Positions 38,114 through 57,866 of a DNA stretch of 64,000 bases are shown in pieces. The notes beneath the pieces are model-generated. The model saw only the letters and a program-made list of their open reading frames with translations, did not search any database and was not told the DNA's origin. This DNA comes from Phaeosaccion multiseriatum (lineage: Eukaryota > Protista > Ochrophyta, other classes), in the NCBI GenBank assembly GCA_965112735.1, contig OZ218950.1:2294001-2358000 (forward strand), written 5' to 3'. The position numbers were made by a program, and so were the translations under genes. Each line of letters opens with the position of its first letter. Positions within the stretch are counted from its first letter, which is position 1.

Positions 38114-38741
38114 GTATGTATGCATGTATGCATGTATGTATGTATGTATGTATGTATGTATGTATGTATGTATGTATGTATGTATGTATGTATGTATGTA
38201 TGTATGTATGTATGTATGTATGTATGTATGTATGTATGTATGTATGTATGTATGTATGTATGTATGTATGTATGTATGTATGTATGTATGTATGTATGTA
38301 TGTATGTATGTATGTATGTATGTATGTATGTATGTATGTATGTATGTATGTATGTATGTATGTATGTATGTATGTATGTATGTATGTATGTATGTATGTA
38401 TGTATGTATGTATGTATGTATGTATGTATGTATGTATGTATGTATGTATGTATGTATGTATGTATGTATGTATGTATGTATGTATGTATGTATGTATGTA
38501 TGTATGTATGTATGTATGTATGTATGTATGTATGTATGTATGTATGTATGTATGTATGTATGTATGTATGTATGTATGTATGTATGTATGTATGTATGTA
38601 TGTATGTATGTATGTATGTATGTATGTATGTATGTATGTATGTATGTATGTATGTATGTATGTATGTATGTATGTATGTATGTATGTGTGTATGTATGTA
38701 TGTGTGTGTATGTATGTATGTATGTATGTATGTATGTATGT
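38114..38741. repeat. (TATG)n microsatellite, about 630 bp
   Basis: Directly visible; explains the MYVC/HTYI ORFs. Confidence 0.97.
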
Positions 38742-38914
38742 ATATATATATATGAGACGAGCCAAAGCACACCACCACCAGCAGCCGCAGCAGCAGCAGC
38801 AACATTGGGAGCTTGCGTAGATGACACATGGGCTCAGGGAAGGAGTGGTGTGCTTTGAAACCCCTGCCTCTTGCCATCGCTCCCTCCCTGCACCTCTACC
38901 CCCCTTCGTGTGCA

Positions 38915-39160
38915 TCACTCAGTGTTTTTGCCGGATGGATCAGTCCTCGCTCTCTTTCGCGAGGGCTGTCCTTCGCGACCAACCCCGTCTCCTCCTTCTC
39001 CCCCTCCACCCATCTCCTCCTGCAGCTCAAAGCCGTACTCGCTCATCAGAGCCTTCACCTCCCTCGACATGCTCTCCAGACAGAAGAAGTCCGCTGCCTG
39101 CAGGGCCTGCTTCGCTCTGACCTCGTCAAACAGCTTCACCTGCCCTTTTCTCGCCGCCCC

Positions 39161-39199
<39 letters not shown>

Positions 39200-41041
39200 T
39201 CCTGCGTCATCGCCACCCATCTCCTGCCTTCCTTTGCCTCTCCTCCTCTTCCCTGTTGATCCCGGCCTTGTCGTCAGCAGCTCCTCCACGCTGCCCGTGG
39301 TGACGAACTTGACCACAGCTTCAAAGCCCTCCTCCGTAAAGCCCACACCATCACACTTCAGCTCCACCTCCTTCCTCTTGCCCTTGCCTTTGCCCCTCCC
39401 CTTCCCGCTGCCCATGAAGCCGCGCTTGGCGGGGTCAAGTAAAGTGGAGAGAATGCCCGCTGGCGAGGAGCGGTCGCTGGTGCTCGGAGAACGTTCTCCT
39501 CTTCCTTCCTTGACCTTCTCCATGAGCTGCTCCACCAGAGGGATGCTCAAAGCGTACAACTTTTCTCCCTTCGCACCGCTCACTTTGTCTACCAGTCGTA
39601 CATCAACTTCTTCGCCACTGCCGCCCAGCATGGAGTAATGTTCCGCTACGGTGTCGAATCTGTCCGCGACAGCATCTCGCTCCCCTCTGGCCTTGTTGAA
39701 CATTGAGGCAATGACGCCACTGAAGCCGCTGTGTGAAGCCAAATCCAAGACCTTCGCGTCCACAGCAGCGCCCATCTTGAGGAGAAACGTGGCCACCTTC
39801 TCGCGGGCCTCCTTGCTTCCTGCCTCAATCCTGCTAATCTCCAGCGTTTCTGCCATGCCTTCTTCGTCAGGATGCATGCAGGCCATCAAAGGGCTTTGCT
39901 CGGTGTCCGTGAGAGCATCGATCTCAGCTCCTGCCTCCACCAGCAGATAGACATCCTCGCTGCTGCCCAAAGCGGCGGCCATATGCAGGGGTGTCCTTCC
40001 AGCCATGTCCTTCACCTTGACAGACGCACCAGCCCGTATGAGCTCGGCAACGATCTTCGCGTGACCCCTGGATACCGCCCCGAAGAGGGGTGTGCTACCA
40101 TGATCATCAGCCAAGTCGAGGGACGCGCCACGGCGAATGAACTCCTTTGCATACGCCAAACTTCCACAGAAGCAAGCCCAAAAAAGCGGCGTCCTCATAC
40201 AATTGTCTCTGGAATCAATCTGCGAACCGTTCTCCAGCAACAAGGGGATGCACTGCTCATTGCCATACTGCACGGTGAGGTGCAGGAGGCTACTGCCTGT
40301 GTTCGTCTTGTTCGTCTTGACGTTCACATCGGCGCCGCTCTTGAGCAGCAAAGCCAGGCTGTCCCTCTTCCCTCTCGCTTCCCCGTCCTGCCCCATGCAT
40401 AAGACCTGGGCTGCCGTGTGATCGTCTCGATTCTTCTCATTTGGGTCGGCCCTCGCCTTGAGCAGCAGCTTCACACACTCAGAGCTCCCGCAATAGGCTG
40501 CGTCATGCAAGGCCCCGCTGCCGGCCGCTACCGCTCCATGCCGTAGCAAGTACCACACGATGAGGGTGTTACCTCTAATAGCAGCCCAAGCGAGAGGAGA
40601 ACATCCATACTCGTAATGTTCTTTCTCGTTGACATCTACACCCGCCTCCACCAGCCCCTTGACCAGGCCAAAGTTCCCCTCCCAAGCAGCGTTGTGCAGA
40701 GCATTTCCACTTTCGGAGACGTCCAAGCCGCACTTACGCAGCAGCCTGACGCTATCCAGCATATTCAGGCCCCTCTCCTCCAAGCACCGTGCCTTCTTGC
40801 TCTTCTTGTCCATGTCGAGCAGGGCATGGAGGGGAGTGTAGCCCTTCTTCTTTGAGGTGTTGAGATCAACTGCAACCAAGACAACCTTGAGCAGGAGGAG
40901 TAGATGCTCTGCGCTGCTGCCCCAGCCTGCCGCCTCCCTCTCCTTGGCGCCCTCATACCACTCGTCAACATGAGCCCCAATTCTATTGAAGCGCTCCATC
41001 ATGCTCCTCTCTTCTTTCCAGATGGGGAGGGGAGGGTCCAA
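38915..41041 (-). CDS. Intronless ankyrin-repeat protein with C-terminal BTB/POZ-like domain (paralogue 2)
   Basis: 708-aa ORF, colinear and highly similar to 12988-15063 from AHVDEWY to RKRARTD. Confidence 0.85.
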
Positions 41042-41160
41042 CAGACCAACAAAATCAAGATCAAATCAAACGTGCCATAGTTGCCAGTTTCAGTTGGCAT
41101 AATTGCTGCTCCCGCCCCTGCCACAGACTTCCCTCCTTTGCCAAGACAACCTTTGAAAGC

Positions 41161-47491
<6,331 letters not shown>

Positions 47492-48663
47492 AGGACAGGG
47501 GAAGGAGTGCATCCAGCATGCCAACATGGTGTTGGGGTGGAATGATGATGCCCAGGTCGACGAAGCGAAGCGAAGTGAAGTGAAGTGAAGGCTTCTCTCC
47601 TCTGCGTGTTCGCCTTCCGCCTCCCCCCGCCCCTGTTCGGTTCCCGTGGGTCCCTCTCCACTCCACCGCTCACCCACCCACCCATCCATCCACCCATCCA
47701 CCCACCCACCCATCCATCCATCCATCCATCCATCCATCCATCCATCCATCCATCCACCCATCCATCCATCCACCCATCCATCCATCCATCCATCCATCCA
47801 CCCATCCATCCACTACCCACCCATCCATCCACCCACCCACCCACCCACCCATCCATCCATCCATCCACCTACCCACCTACCCAACTCCACCTCTCTTCGG
47901 AGCTGTGTGTGTCTGAAGGTTGTTAAGAGGCACCGAGATCCGTCCTCATCTCGCTACTTCTTCACTCAATACATATTGTGCCCTATAGTTGTGACTCTCT
48001 CTCCCTCACATCTCCTGCGTACTAAAACAAATAGAGAACAAGATACTGTTATTTGGAACAAAGCCGAGATTCAACTACTCCGTGCGCTTTTGTCTCTCGA
48101 GAGAGTGTGGACAGGTGGAACAAAAAAGCAAACACCAAAAGTAGTCTCAAGTACTCTGAGTACGATAGAAACGATGGCGTACAGTATTCAGGTGCGAAAC
48201 ACTTCCATTTGAATTTGTTTTCCGCCTGTCTCTCTTGTTTGCCTACCTGCCTGCGTGCCTGTCTGCCTGTCTGCCAGTCTGCCTGCCTGCCCATATGCCC
48301 GCATGTGACCATCTCTCAGACCTGCCCATCCGCTGCCTGCCCATACACCAGCCTGTCCATAAACCTGCCTGCCTATGCGTCAGCCTAGGATGGGGGATCA
48401 GGATCAGCCCCACCCACCAAAGGGGACTGACCACACCCCACACACCCCACCAGAGCTGCTGAGAGCTGCTGATGGCTGAGCTCATCTCAAAGCATGTCAT
48501 GTGTCAAGATGTTCAGTTCAGTTCAGGTCAATTCATTTAGACCCTTACTCAACGAATAAATCGATCCTAGAAAGAAGTACAATGGTCTGATGCAAATATC
48601 GAAATGGGTCGATGGGGTCCGTCCGTCCGTCTGTCCGTTCGTCCATTCGTGCAGTCGCTCTAT

Positions 48664-49517
48664 TTATTCCTTGGTGGACTTGTCATCTTCCGTATCCATG
48701 GCAGAGTCCCCTTGCTTCTCCTCCTCCTACGCCGGACGGTACAGCAAAGTAAAGTAGGGAGGGTTAAGAGGGAGGAGGAGGGGGTGTAAACAGCGGGCGG
48801 AGGGGTTTCTCCGTCACGCCCCCACCCATCCCTAAATCACTCCCTCCCTCCCCTCCCTTCCCCTTTCCCTCCCTCCCTCCCTTCACTCACCACTCCTTCG
48901 TCGTCCTTTTTGTCCTTTTGGTCTGCCTTGGTGGCCGCCTTATCCTGTTCAATTTCATTTTTGAGTTCATTCAAAAGCCAAATCATTAATGTATCAAGTC
49001 AGATCACCCGCGTCTGAGTCACAAACTGACATCTTTGTCAGAGGTCAATAAACTAACACACAAACTGCATTACTGAATGCAACTGCAAACTGACCTTGTC
49101 CTTGTGCTGCTGCTGCTGCTTGGCGACGGCTTCTGCCCCCATGACCAACAGGTCGTCCGTCTCTCTGTACTTGATCTTGTTGTTCACAAGGTCGTGCAGA
49201 GCGATAATACTGGGCAGAGAGGGAGGGAGGGAGGGAGGGAGGAAGGGAGGGAGGAAGGGAGAGAGGGTAAGGAGGGAAGGAGGGAGGGAGGGAGGGAGGG
49301 AGGAAGGGAGGGAGAGAGGGTAAGGAGGGAAGGAGGGAGGGAGGGAGGGAGGGAGGAAGCGAGAGAGAGAGGGAGGGAGGGAAGGAGAAAGGGAGAGAGG
49401 ATGGCAGCGGCGGGACAGAGGGGTAGAGGAGAGAGGCAGATGTGGGGGTGGGAGGGGCATAGAGGAGAGAGGGAACAAGGAAGGAATACATGCATGCATA
49501 CCCGCAGAACAAAATCG

Positions 49518-49554
<37 letters not shown>

Positions 49555-49833
49555 ACCCACACCCACACACACACCCACATACCTGCGGATGAGGGCGCAG
49601 AGGTAGACTACAAGGTGCATGTCATTGGTCTTGACGAGCATGCCCTTGACAAGCTGGTCCATGTTGAGGTTAGGCAGCAGGTTGAAGGTGTTCTGCATGT
49701 CGTACATGATCTGGGGGTGTTAAAAGGAAGGGGAGGGGGGAGGGGGGGGGTCAGATGATGGAGCAGGGAGGGAGTGTGGGCAGCTGCAAAAGAGAAGGAG
49801 AGGATCCCAGTAGCAGCAGCGGCAGCAATAGTA

Positions 49834-49893
<60 letters not shown>

Positions 49894-52263
49894 CTGCAGC
49901 AGCAGGAATGGCAGTAGTAGGAGTCATAAATAGGAGCAGTAGTAGTGCTAGTAACAATAGTAGTAGGAGTAGCAGTAGAGAGCAGTAATACAGGTGGTTA
50001 ATGGGTCGTAAGTACTCGTTAATAGACGGTTTACTACCTACCTGGTTGTTGATGGGCAGCTTGCCCTCGGACACGTTGCGTAGATACACTTGCATCTCCT
50101 CCAGCCTCTCCTTCAGCCCGGCCAGGGCACTCAACTTGTGCTTGATCTGTGATTCAAAGAGGGAGGCAGGGAGGGAGGGAGGGAGAGAGAGAGAGAGGAA
50201 GGGAGGGATGGAGGGAGGGAGGGAGGGAGGCAGACATGGAGCCAAACAGACAGAGAAGTGAAGGTACGTGAGCAACACTGGAGTATCGATTTCATACATC
50301 GAGGCCAACAAACTGCAACTTCAACTGCAACTGACCTGGTTGGCGAGCGAAGACACACTGGGGTCGTTGATGTCTCGGAGAAGATGCTCCACACCCACCT
50401 CCTCCGCCTCCAAGGCACCGATGGTACTGAGAGTGGGGGAGGAGGAAGAGGGTAGTGCGGGGTGTCAAGAGAGGGCGGGAGATAGAGGGGCTGGGTGGGT
50501 GGGGATGCCGTCGCTGACTGTGACAAACTACCTAAACAGAAAGACTTGACTGACTGACCAAGTGCCAGCCCGACGTGCCTCCCCGTAAGACTGACTGACT
50601 GACTGACTGACTACATGCCCGCCCTTCCTTACGACTATATATTTCCCCTGACCCATATGCCTCTCCCTCTCTCGTTCTCATCCCCTAACCTGGCTATGTG
50701 CTTGAACGTCCTCTGCACCTCCTTGCCATCCGCCTCCACCTCCTCCGATGTGCGATAGGCAGTCGTGGGGATGCCCTCCACCCCGGGTCTGACATCCACA
50801 ATGACGTAATAGGGGTCCTTCACGAAGCGTTTGAAGAGGGAGGCGATGGAGAGATCGTTCTCGCGGATCTTGGGGCCCGTGCTGTTGGGGTGGGGGGGAG
50901 AAGGGAGGAGGAGGAGGAGGAGGAGGAGGAGGAGGACGGGGAGGGGGAGGAGGAGGAGGAGGGGAGGGGGAGGAGGAGGAGGAGGAGGAGGACGGGGAGG
51001 GGGAGGAGGACGAAGAGGGGTTTGGGGGGGGAGGAGGAGGAGAATTAGGACGATAGTGCTGCTGCAGCAGGAGGAGGAGGCAGGAGGAGGAGAAAAGACA
51101 GAGAGGGAGAAGGAGGAGGAGTTTGCCTCTCTCTCTTTGTGTGTGTGTTCTCGTCTGTCTCAGTCTCTCTCTCCCTCTGTGTGTGCGTGTACACACACAT
51201 GCTTCGCACTCGTCCCGTCTTACCTGTAGAAGCCCACAATCCTCTCCTTGGCGTTGACCTTCTTGAACATTTCGAACATTGACTCAAGGAAGTTGTGGTC
51301 CAAGTACCAGATACTGATCAACAGATTAGAGGTATATGGGCAGGCGCATCATGAGCAAGCTATATGGGTAGAGGCTAGGGGAAGGCAGGTAGGGAGTAGA
51401 GCAAGGGACGGATTGATGCAGGAGGGGAGGAGGACGTCCAGGTTACACCTACTCTCCGTGGCCGGAGATCGTTTTGTACCTTGGATTTCGGAGGTCTTCC
51501 TCAAAGGGCACAGCGAATGAATTGGTGACATCGACAGTGGCTTTGTACCTTGAGCCTAGCAACACCCCCACTGCTCGCCGCTTTGTACCCTGTTGTGCGC
51601 ACGTTTCAGAGCATGTGGGTAGGGAGGGGGGGGGGGGGGTGGACGCGAACCGTTTAGTAGCAGCAGCAAAACAGGCGGCAAATGCAGGCAATAAAGCAGG
51701 CCTTGGAGGAAGTATCGGCCCTCTTAGGTGGAGAGAATGCGAAGTAGTAGGTGCAGGGTCGATCACACGCCGTCTCCCGTTACCACCACCAGTAGCTCGT
51801 ACGTCGGCAAGAGCGGGAGGCCATCCCTCGAGGCTTAGCAGCCTGACCTTTCTCTCTAATTGAGACAGCGTGTACGACTATAGATCCCACGCGTGAATAC
51901 AGAACTATTCGGCGTGAAATTCAGCAACGCGCAGCCTTCCCCTGCAACGCACGGGTCCCTCATGTCGTTCTCAAGGGCGAAAGCCAGGAGGAAGGAAGGA
52001 GGGAAGAAAAGGGAGGGAAATGAAGTTGAAAGTACGAGCCGCCTCACCTTCGCGACTCTGTTGTAGTGATCCACGACGCTGAGTAGAACTAATGGATGCA
52101 CAACCACGTCCGTCTCTGCTTCTACCACTGGCGCTGCTGGCTGCCCATCCTTGCTTTGTGCCTCTGCTCCTCCTGCCCCCCCTCCTCCCCCCTCTGCGGG
52201 TCCTGACGTGCCCCCCGCCTTCTCCCCCTTGGCCTCCTCCCTCCCCTCATCCTTAGGAGGCAT
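48664..52263 (-). CDS. RPN8: 26S proteasome regulatory subunit Rpn8/PSMD7 (MPN domain), multi-exon
   Basis: Motifs [121 protein letters not shown]. Confidence 0.95.
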
Positions 52264-52460
52264 TTGTCCCCGTCGCTGCCAGTCTGTCCTCTCTTCCTCT
52301 TTCTTAATAGAGTTTGGAGTTCCAAAGAGGGTTGGCCGGCCGGAACGGCAGTCTCTACTTCACAAGTAGATGTGAGAGGTGGGCCCCTGGGGTAAAAAGC
52401 CTCGACTTTTCTTGATTTTGAATACATTGAGCCTGGAAATTAATAAAGAGAGGTGTGGCG

Positions 52461-54630
52461 ATGGCCGATCATGGAGGTTACGAGGAGGTAGGTGTCCCCC
52501 GCAGGGTGCGCTGCCGGGAAGGATGAAGGGATCTCAGACGTTTGTTGTGGAAGATTCTCGTATTCTCTCTCGGTTGTTGCGGTGGGTATAGGGGGGCCTT
52601 CGGGTGACTGGTACATCATGGCTGTGCAAACAAACACTTATCTCCTTCACCTCTTCCGCCTTGTACTGCTGCCCTTGTTCACAGCAGGAGGAGGGCGGGG
52701 AAGATTATGCTAATGCGAACAACGAGGAGGGAGCCCAGGACGACAACAATGAGGACGACGACGGGGATTTCCCCCCCGAGTGGGACGCGTGGATGCGAGA
52801 GCACCTCAACGCGGACCTCGTGAAGCTGCGCAAGGCGTGGGTGCGGGAGGTGTGCGCCCCCGAGCTTCTGGTGTACGAGGTTGATCTGGTGCAGGATATA
52901 CTCGAACAACTCGCTCTCGTACAAGGCAACATTGACACCATGAGGTGAGGGAGGGACGGGGGGAGGTAGTGAGGGAGGGAAAGAGAGAGAGAGAGATAAC
53001 GAGAGAGAGGGGGCGCGGTAGAAGAGAGGAGGACACTTCGTCACCCCAACCTTCAATCTGTCGATGGCCTCCTTTTCATCACTCATTTGATCGCCTCCCC
53101 ACGCTCTCCCTCCCTCCCCATTCTCCCCCTCTCTTAGAGAGGATGGCAAGATGGAGGACTTTACGGCGTCTCTGTTCCAGCTCGACTTGGAGCGAGTGCG
53201 CTTCTCCATCACCAAGGTGGGTGGGGTGGTGAGGGGTGGAGCAGTGTGGGCGACGATGAGAGAGAGGAGATAGGGGAGAGAGGGTGGGGGAGAAGAGAGC
53301 GAGCGAGAGAGAAGCGAGAGTGAGGATGGGAGAGACGAGAGCGAAATAGAGGAGGGGGAAGAGAGAGGAGAGAGAGAGAAAGCACACACAGAGGGTCGTC
53401 TCTCACCCGCAACTGCCCCTCCTTCTCTCCAAAACACATGATCCTCCACACTCCATGGCTACTTTCCTCGTCCACCTCTCACTCCCACCACTACCTCACT
53501 CCACGGTCCTCCTCATCCGCCATGCTCAGTACATTCGCACTCGCCTGAAGAAGTTGGAGCGGGATGCGCTGTACCTGCTACACAATCAGACCGAGATGGA
53601 GGAAAGGTGCTCCACAGAGTGAGTGGGTGGATGGCAGTGGGTGGTAGTGGATAGCAGGGGATGGCAGGGGATGGCCGGGGATGGCAGGGGATGACAATGG
53701 ATGGCATTGGACGGCAGTGGATGGCAAGGCGTGAGCAGGGGCGGGACGGAAATGGAGGGTGTTTGTGTCTCTTTGGCTCATCCTTTCTCTGTCTATCATT
53801 TAATGGGGTGTGATGTGGTGTGGTGTGGTGTGGTGTGGTGTGGTGTGGTGACTAACCATACAATGCACACACTCTTTCCCAAACACCAAAACAACAACAA
53901 CAACAACAACGACCTCAACGCTGACAGCGAGATCAAGTACGCCAAGGAGTACGTGTCCCTGCTTGACGACCACTTCAAGCAAACGTGCACTGACCACATG
54001 CCAGCAAGGGTGGCGGACTGGGCGGCGGATAAGGGTGCCGTTCAGGTGCGTGCCGCCAGGTAGAGGGACGGAGAGGGAGAGGGAGAGGGAGAGGGAGAGA
54101 GATAGGGATGAGAGGGAGGGCGAGGGAGATGAGAAAGACTGATAGGTAGATTGATAGATAGAGAGGGAGAGAGAGAGGGAGGGAGGGAGAGGGAGAGAGA
54201 CAGAGAAAGACAAGGGAGGGAGAGAGAGAGGGAGAGGGAGAGAGATGAGAGAGACAGATAAGAGAGAAAGAAAGGTGAGAGGTAGACAGGCAGAGAGACG
54301 GTCAGGGAGGCAGACCCACACCCCCCACCCACCCACCCGCCCCTCCCCCTCCCGCCCCGTTTCCTCCTGTCCTGCATCAACCTCTGCCTCCTTTTGTTTT
54401 TGGGGCTGTGAATCGATTCTCCCTCCTCCCTCCTCCCCCCGCCTCCCACTGCGGCACAGGGGCCCAATCTGGACAAGTTCGTCGTGGGCGTGGCTAACAC
54501 TGACATTGATGGGGTGAATGTAGACTCTGAAGAAGACTCGAGCCAGCGCTTCGACAAGGGCGATCTTGTGGTGCTGAGATACAGAGTCATTCGGGACCTT
54601 GTTGCGGCAGGGAGTATGGACCTCTTGTGA
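52461..54630 (+). CDS. SLD5: GINS complex subunit Sld5 (GINS4), about 6 exons
   Basis: Motifs LRKAWVREVCAPELLVYE, LFQLDLERVRFSITKYIRTRLKKLE, SEIKYAKEY, PNLDKFV, KGDLVVLRYRVIRDLVAAG. Start inferred at 52461 (MADHGGYEE). Confidence 0.88.
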
Positions 54631-56072
54631 TGATGATCATGATGATGATGGATATATCAAGTGAGCAGGCAGAGCGAGTGGTGTGATGTGAAGTGAGCGA
54701 AGGGGGCGCAGGGACTGATTTGAGCGAACAAGGGGAAGGCCCGGCCCTTCGGACCCTTGGACCTTTGTCGGGCTTAGCTTGGCTGGGATCTGCTTGGCTT
54801 GTCCACTCCTCCTCCGCCAGAGAGAGACGGGGGGGGGGGGCGGAGAGAGAGAGAGACAGAGAGAGGGAGAGGGAGAAGATGAAAGTGTGTGTGTGGGGGG
54901 ACTTGGGACAAACATCAGGACAAGCCGCGTCATCCCCTCGTCCACAGGGGGCCCGGGAGTGGTGCTGAACGGTACTGAGCAGTTGCTGCTACATCCACCA
55001 CAGAGAGAGCGAGAGAGCGACCGATGAGAATGACAACTCTCGGGGAGGGGGAGAGGTAGGTGGGGTGGGGACAGTTCGGAAATTCTCACTCCTTTCGCCC
55101 TTCTCCTGCTCTGGGGAGGAATGGCAAAGGAGCCGTCCTGCGAGTCCCATCCACGGAGACTTTCCCCACCCAAAGCAACAAGGGTGGACAGTGGACGACC
55201 CATAAGCTGAAGCCCCAAGTGGGACCACGTCTTTTGACAGCCAGTACCTACGTACTGGGGGGGGGGGGGGGGGTCGCAGGAATGGCAGTTTCGGCAGTTT
55301 CATCAGCGGACCTCTGTGACTACTTGTACGAGCCTCGGGCAGCCTTGGGGGAGAGGAGAAAAGAAGAGCAGTGCGCCCTTTGTTGGTCTTCGCCTTGGGA
55401 GGAGTCTAGGAGCTAGGAGCAGAGGATGGGAAGATGATCGATCTGGTATGTGGGGGGCGCGTTCGTGGGCCTCGCTCCGACTCCTCCCTTCCCCCAAGGC
55501 TCTACTCTTTGGCTTAGTGGGCACGAGGTCCATCGACGCTGACTACGCGATTGTGGACATGAGTGTATGGAGCAGTGTGGTACCGGCGTTGGAGGCTCTG
55601 GCTGCCTAGCAGTGTTTACGATACTTTGCAGGCAGGCGGAAAAATCGGCAGATGGGCGTGGGTTGGGTTGGGTCTCTTGCACACGCACTACCAGCTGGAC
55701 TTCTATGCACCTCTGCACCTCTCGAGTCTGTGCCCGCACATCCAGGCATCAGGCATCCAGGAAGGGGTAACGCCCTTCCTGTCTTGCTAGCACAATGGAC
55801 GGGGAAGCGGCGGGCGCGGGTCAAGGTAGCGCGTGGAAAAAGACAGAAAGGACTTACATCGAGCGCACGATGATGCACTGGGATCATGGGCGAGACTCGT
55901 GGAGAGAGATAGAGGGAGAGAGCGTCACGTGGTGGAGCAGCCGCCGTTACTTGATTTGCTGGCTGATGCATGCTCGTCGGCTGCCTTCCGAGCTTCTCGG
56001 CCGGGCCTGGAGCCCTGCCCAGGCGGTGCCTCTGTGCTGTGACTGGCGCACCTGTGACGCGGATGGAGTGTA

Positions 56073-56210
56073 TTCGACCCCTGACGTGCTACCTGCTACC
56101 GCCGGCGCGCTACTTGTTCTACCGGTCACCCGCCAGGAGGCCAGCGGCCAGTATAGCATGCTACCGGTCCATGCTACCAAGAAGACGTCTGTAGCACGTC
56201 AGGGGTCGAG
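56073..56210. mobile_element. 138-bp MITE with 19-bp perfect terminal inverted repeats and TA target duplication (Tc1/mariner-like)
   Basis: TCGACCCCTGACGTGCTAC (56074-56092) and GTAGCACGTCAGGGGTCGA (56191-56209). TA at 56071-72 and 56211-12. Internal GCTACC repeats. Confidence 0.8.
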
Positions 56211-56434
56211 TATATTGACTTTCACTAAGTACAATATCTGCTTTGGTGGTGGTGGTTATTGGTGTGTGCAAGTTGCGCTTCGCTTGCGCTTCGCCAAAGT
56301 GTGGCGGGAAATGTCATTTCATTGACATATGAATGTACCCTCCTGCCACCCTATACCACCCCTCCAATCCTCACAGCCACCTCCTCGTTTTTTTCCCCTC
56401 CTATTCTCTCTTCTATTCGCCACCCGTCTCCTCC

Positions 56435-57799
56435 ATGACTACTTTCACTGATTCCGATTCCCTGAAGAGTAAGTCGTGAGTCGTCGTGAAGAGGTGAACG
56501 AAAGAGAAGGGGGTGAGGGTGAGGGAGGATACTGAGAGGGGTGAGGGGTCGGCAATATGCGCCGCCTAATGCTCCGCCGACACGAAGCCACCCCCCGCTG
56601 TATATCCCGCTTTCTCTTTAACAACTATTTGCCTCTCCTCCTCCCCTCCTCACTGCAATAGGCGTCAAATGCTTCGGGGCCAAGGTGGAGGCCAGCCCTT
56701 GCAACGTGGAGGCCTTCACGATTGAGAGGCACACCCCTCGCGATTTCGACGTTGTCATCGACGTTAAGGTAACAGAGATGGCAGCACGGGGGGGTGGAAG
56801 GAACGAAAAGCTGTGGCTCCAACTCGCTGACGTGGAGGACCTCCCTCTCCCTCTCTCTTCCCCCTCTCTCCCGCTCTCCCCCCCGCCCCCCCCACCTCTC
56901 TCCATCTCTCCTCTTCTCACCCTCCACCCTCCGTCTCTTTGCTCCCTCTCCCCCCTCTCTCTAGTTCTGCGGCATCTGCCACTCGGATGTCCACTTCTGT
57001 GATGGCGATATGGGCTTTGGCAGCTGGCCAATGGTAAGTGGTGGCTGGCTGCACCAAGCCTTCTCTCTCTCCTCCTCCTTTTTTTCTACTTTACTACTAC
57101 TACTACCACCAAGCAACCGCGCTGTTGTTGCTGCTCGCTCCTTCTCGCTCGTGCTTGCTGCTCTGACGTCCTCCGCCCGATCGCCCCCCCCCCTCCCGTG
57201 CCTGCACCCGGTCTAAAGGTTCCGGGCCACGAGATTGCCGGCATCGTTCGCTGGGCGGGAAAGGACACCGAGTACAAGGCGGGAGACAGAGTAGGAGTGG
57301 GATGCATGGTGAGTCGCCAAAGATGATAGAGAACGGCCCAATAGAAAAAGAAGGGGAGATGGAGAAGGACCCAAGAGAAATAGAAGGGGAGATGGAGAAT
57401 GACCCAATAGAGAGAGAAGGAGAGATGGAGAATGACCGAAAGAGAAGGGGAGATGGAGAATGACCCAATAGAAAGAGAAGGGCCAGCAGCGAGTGAGTGG
57501 GATGCATGGTGAGTCGGTACTAATCCCACCCACCGAAGGTCACGCAGAAGATGTCTTGTACGTGCCCTCCTCATCCTTGCTCACCATTTCCACCAACCGA
57601 CACGCACACACACGCACACACACACAGGTGGATAGCTGCATGGATTGCGCCTCTTGCGATGGGGATGCAGAGCAGTATTGCCAACAGGGCAGCGTCTTTA
57701 CTTACGGCGTACCTGCCAAGTTTGGCCGCGCTTGCCCAGATGGAGAGGCGACTCAAGGCGGGTACTCTAAGGTCCGTATTGCACACACACACACACACA

Positions 57800-57866
<67 letters not shown>

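Noticed and set aside
37877-38918. Six overlapping MYVC/HTYI ORFs of more than 240 aa
   Set aside because: Stop-free translations of (TATG)n.
55282-56070. Coding-like fragments interrupted by stops
   Set aside because: Possibly a pseudogene, but no family could be identified by eye.
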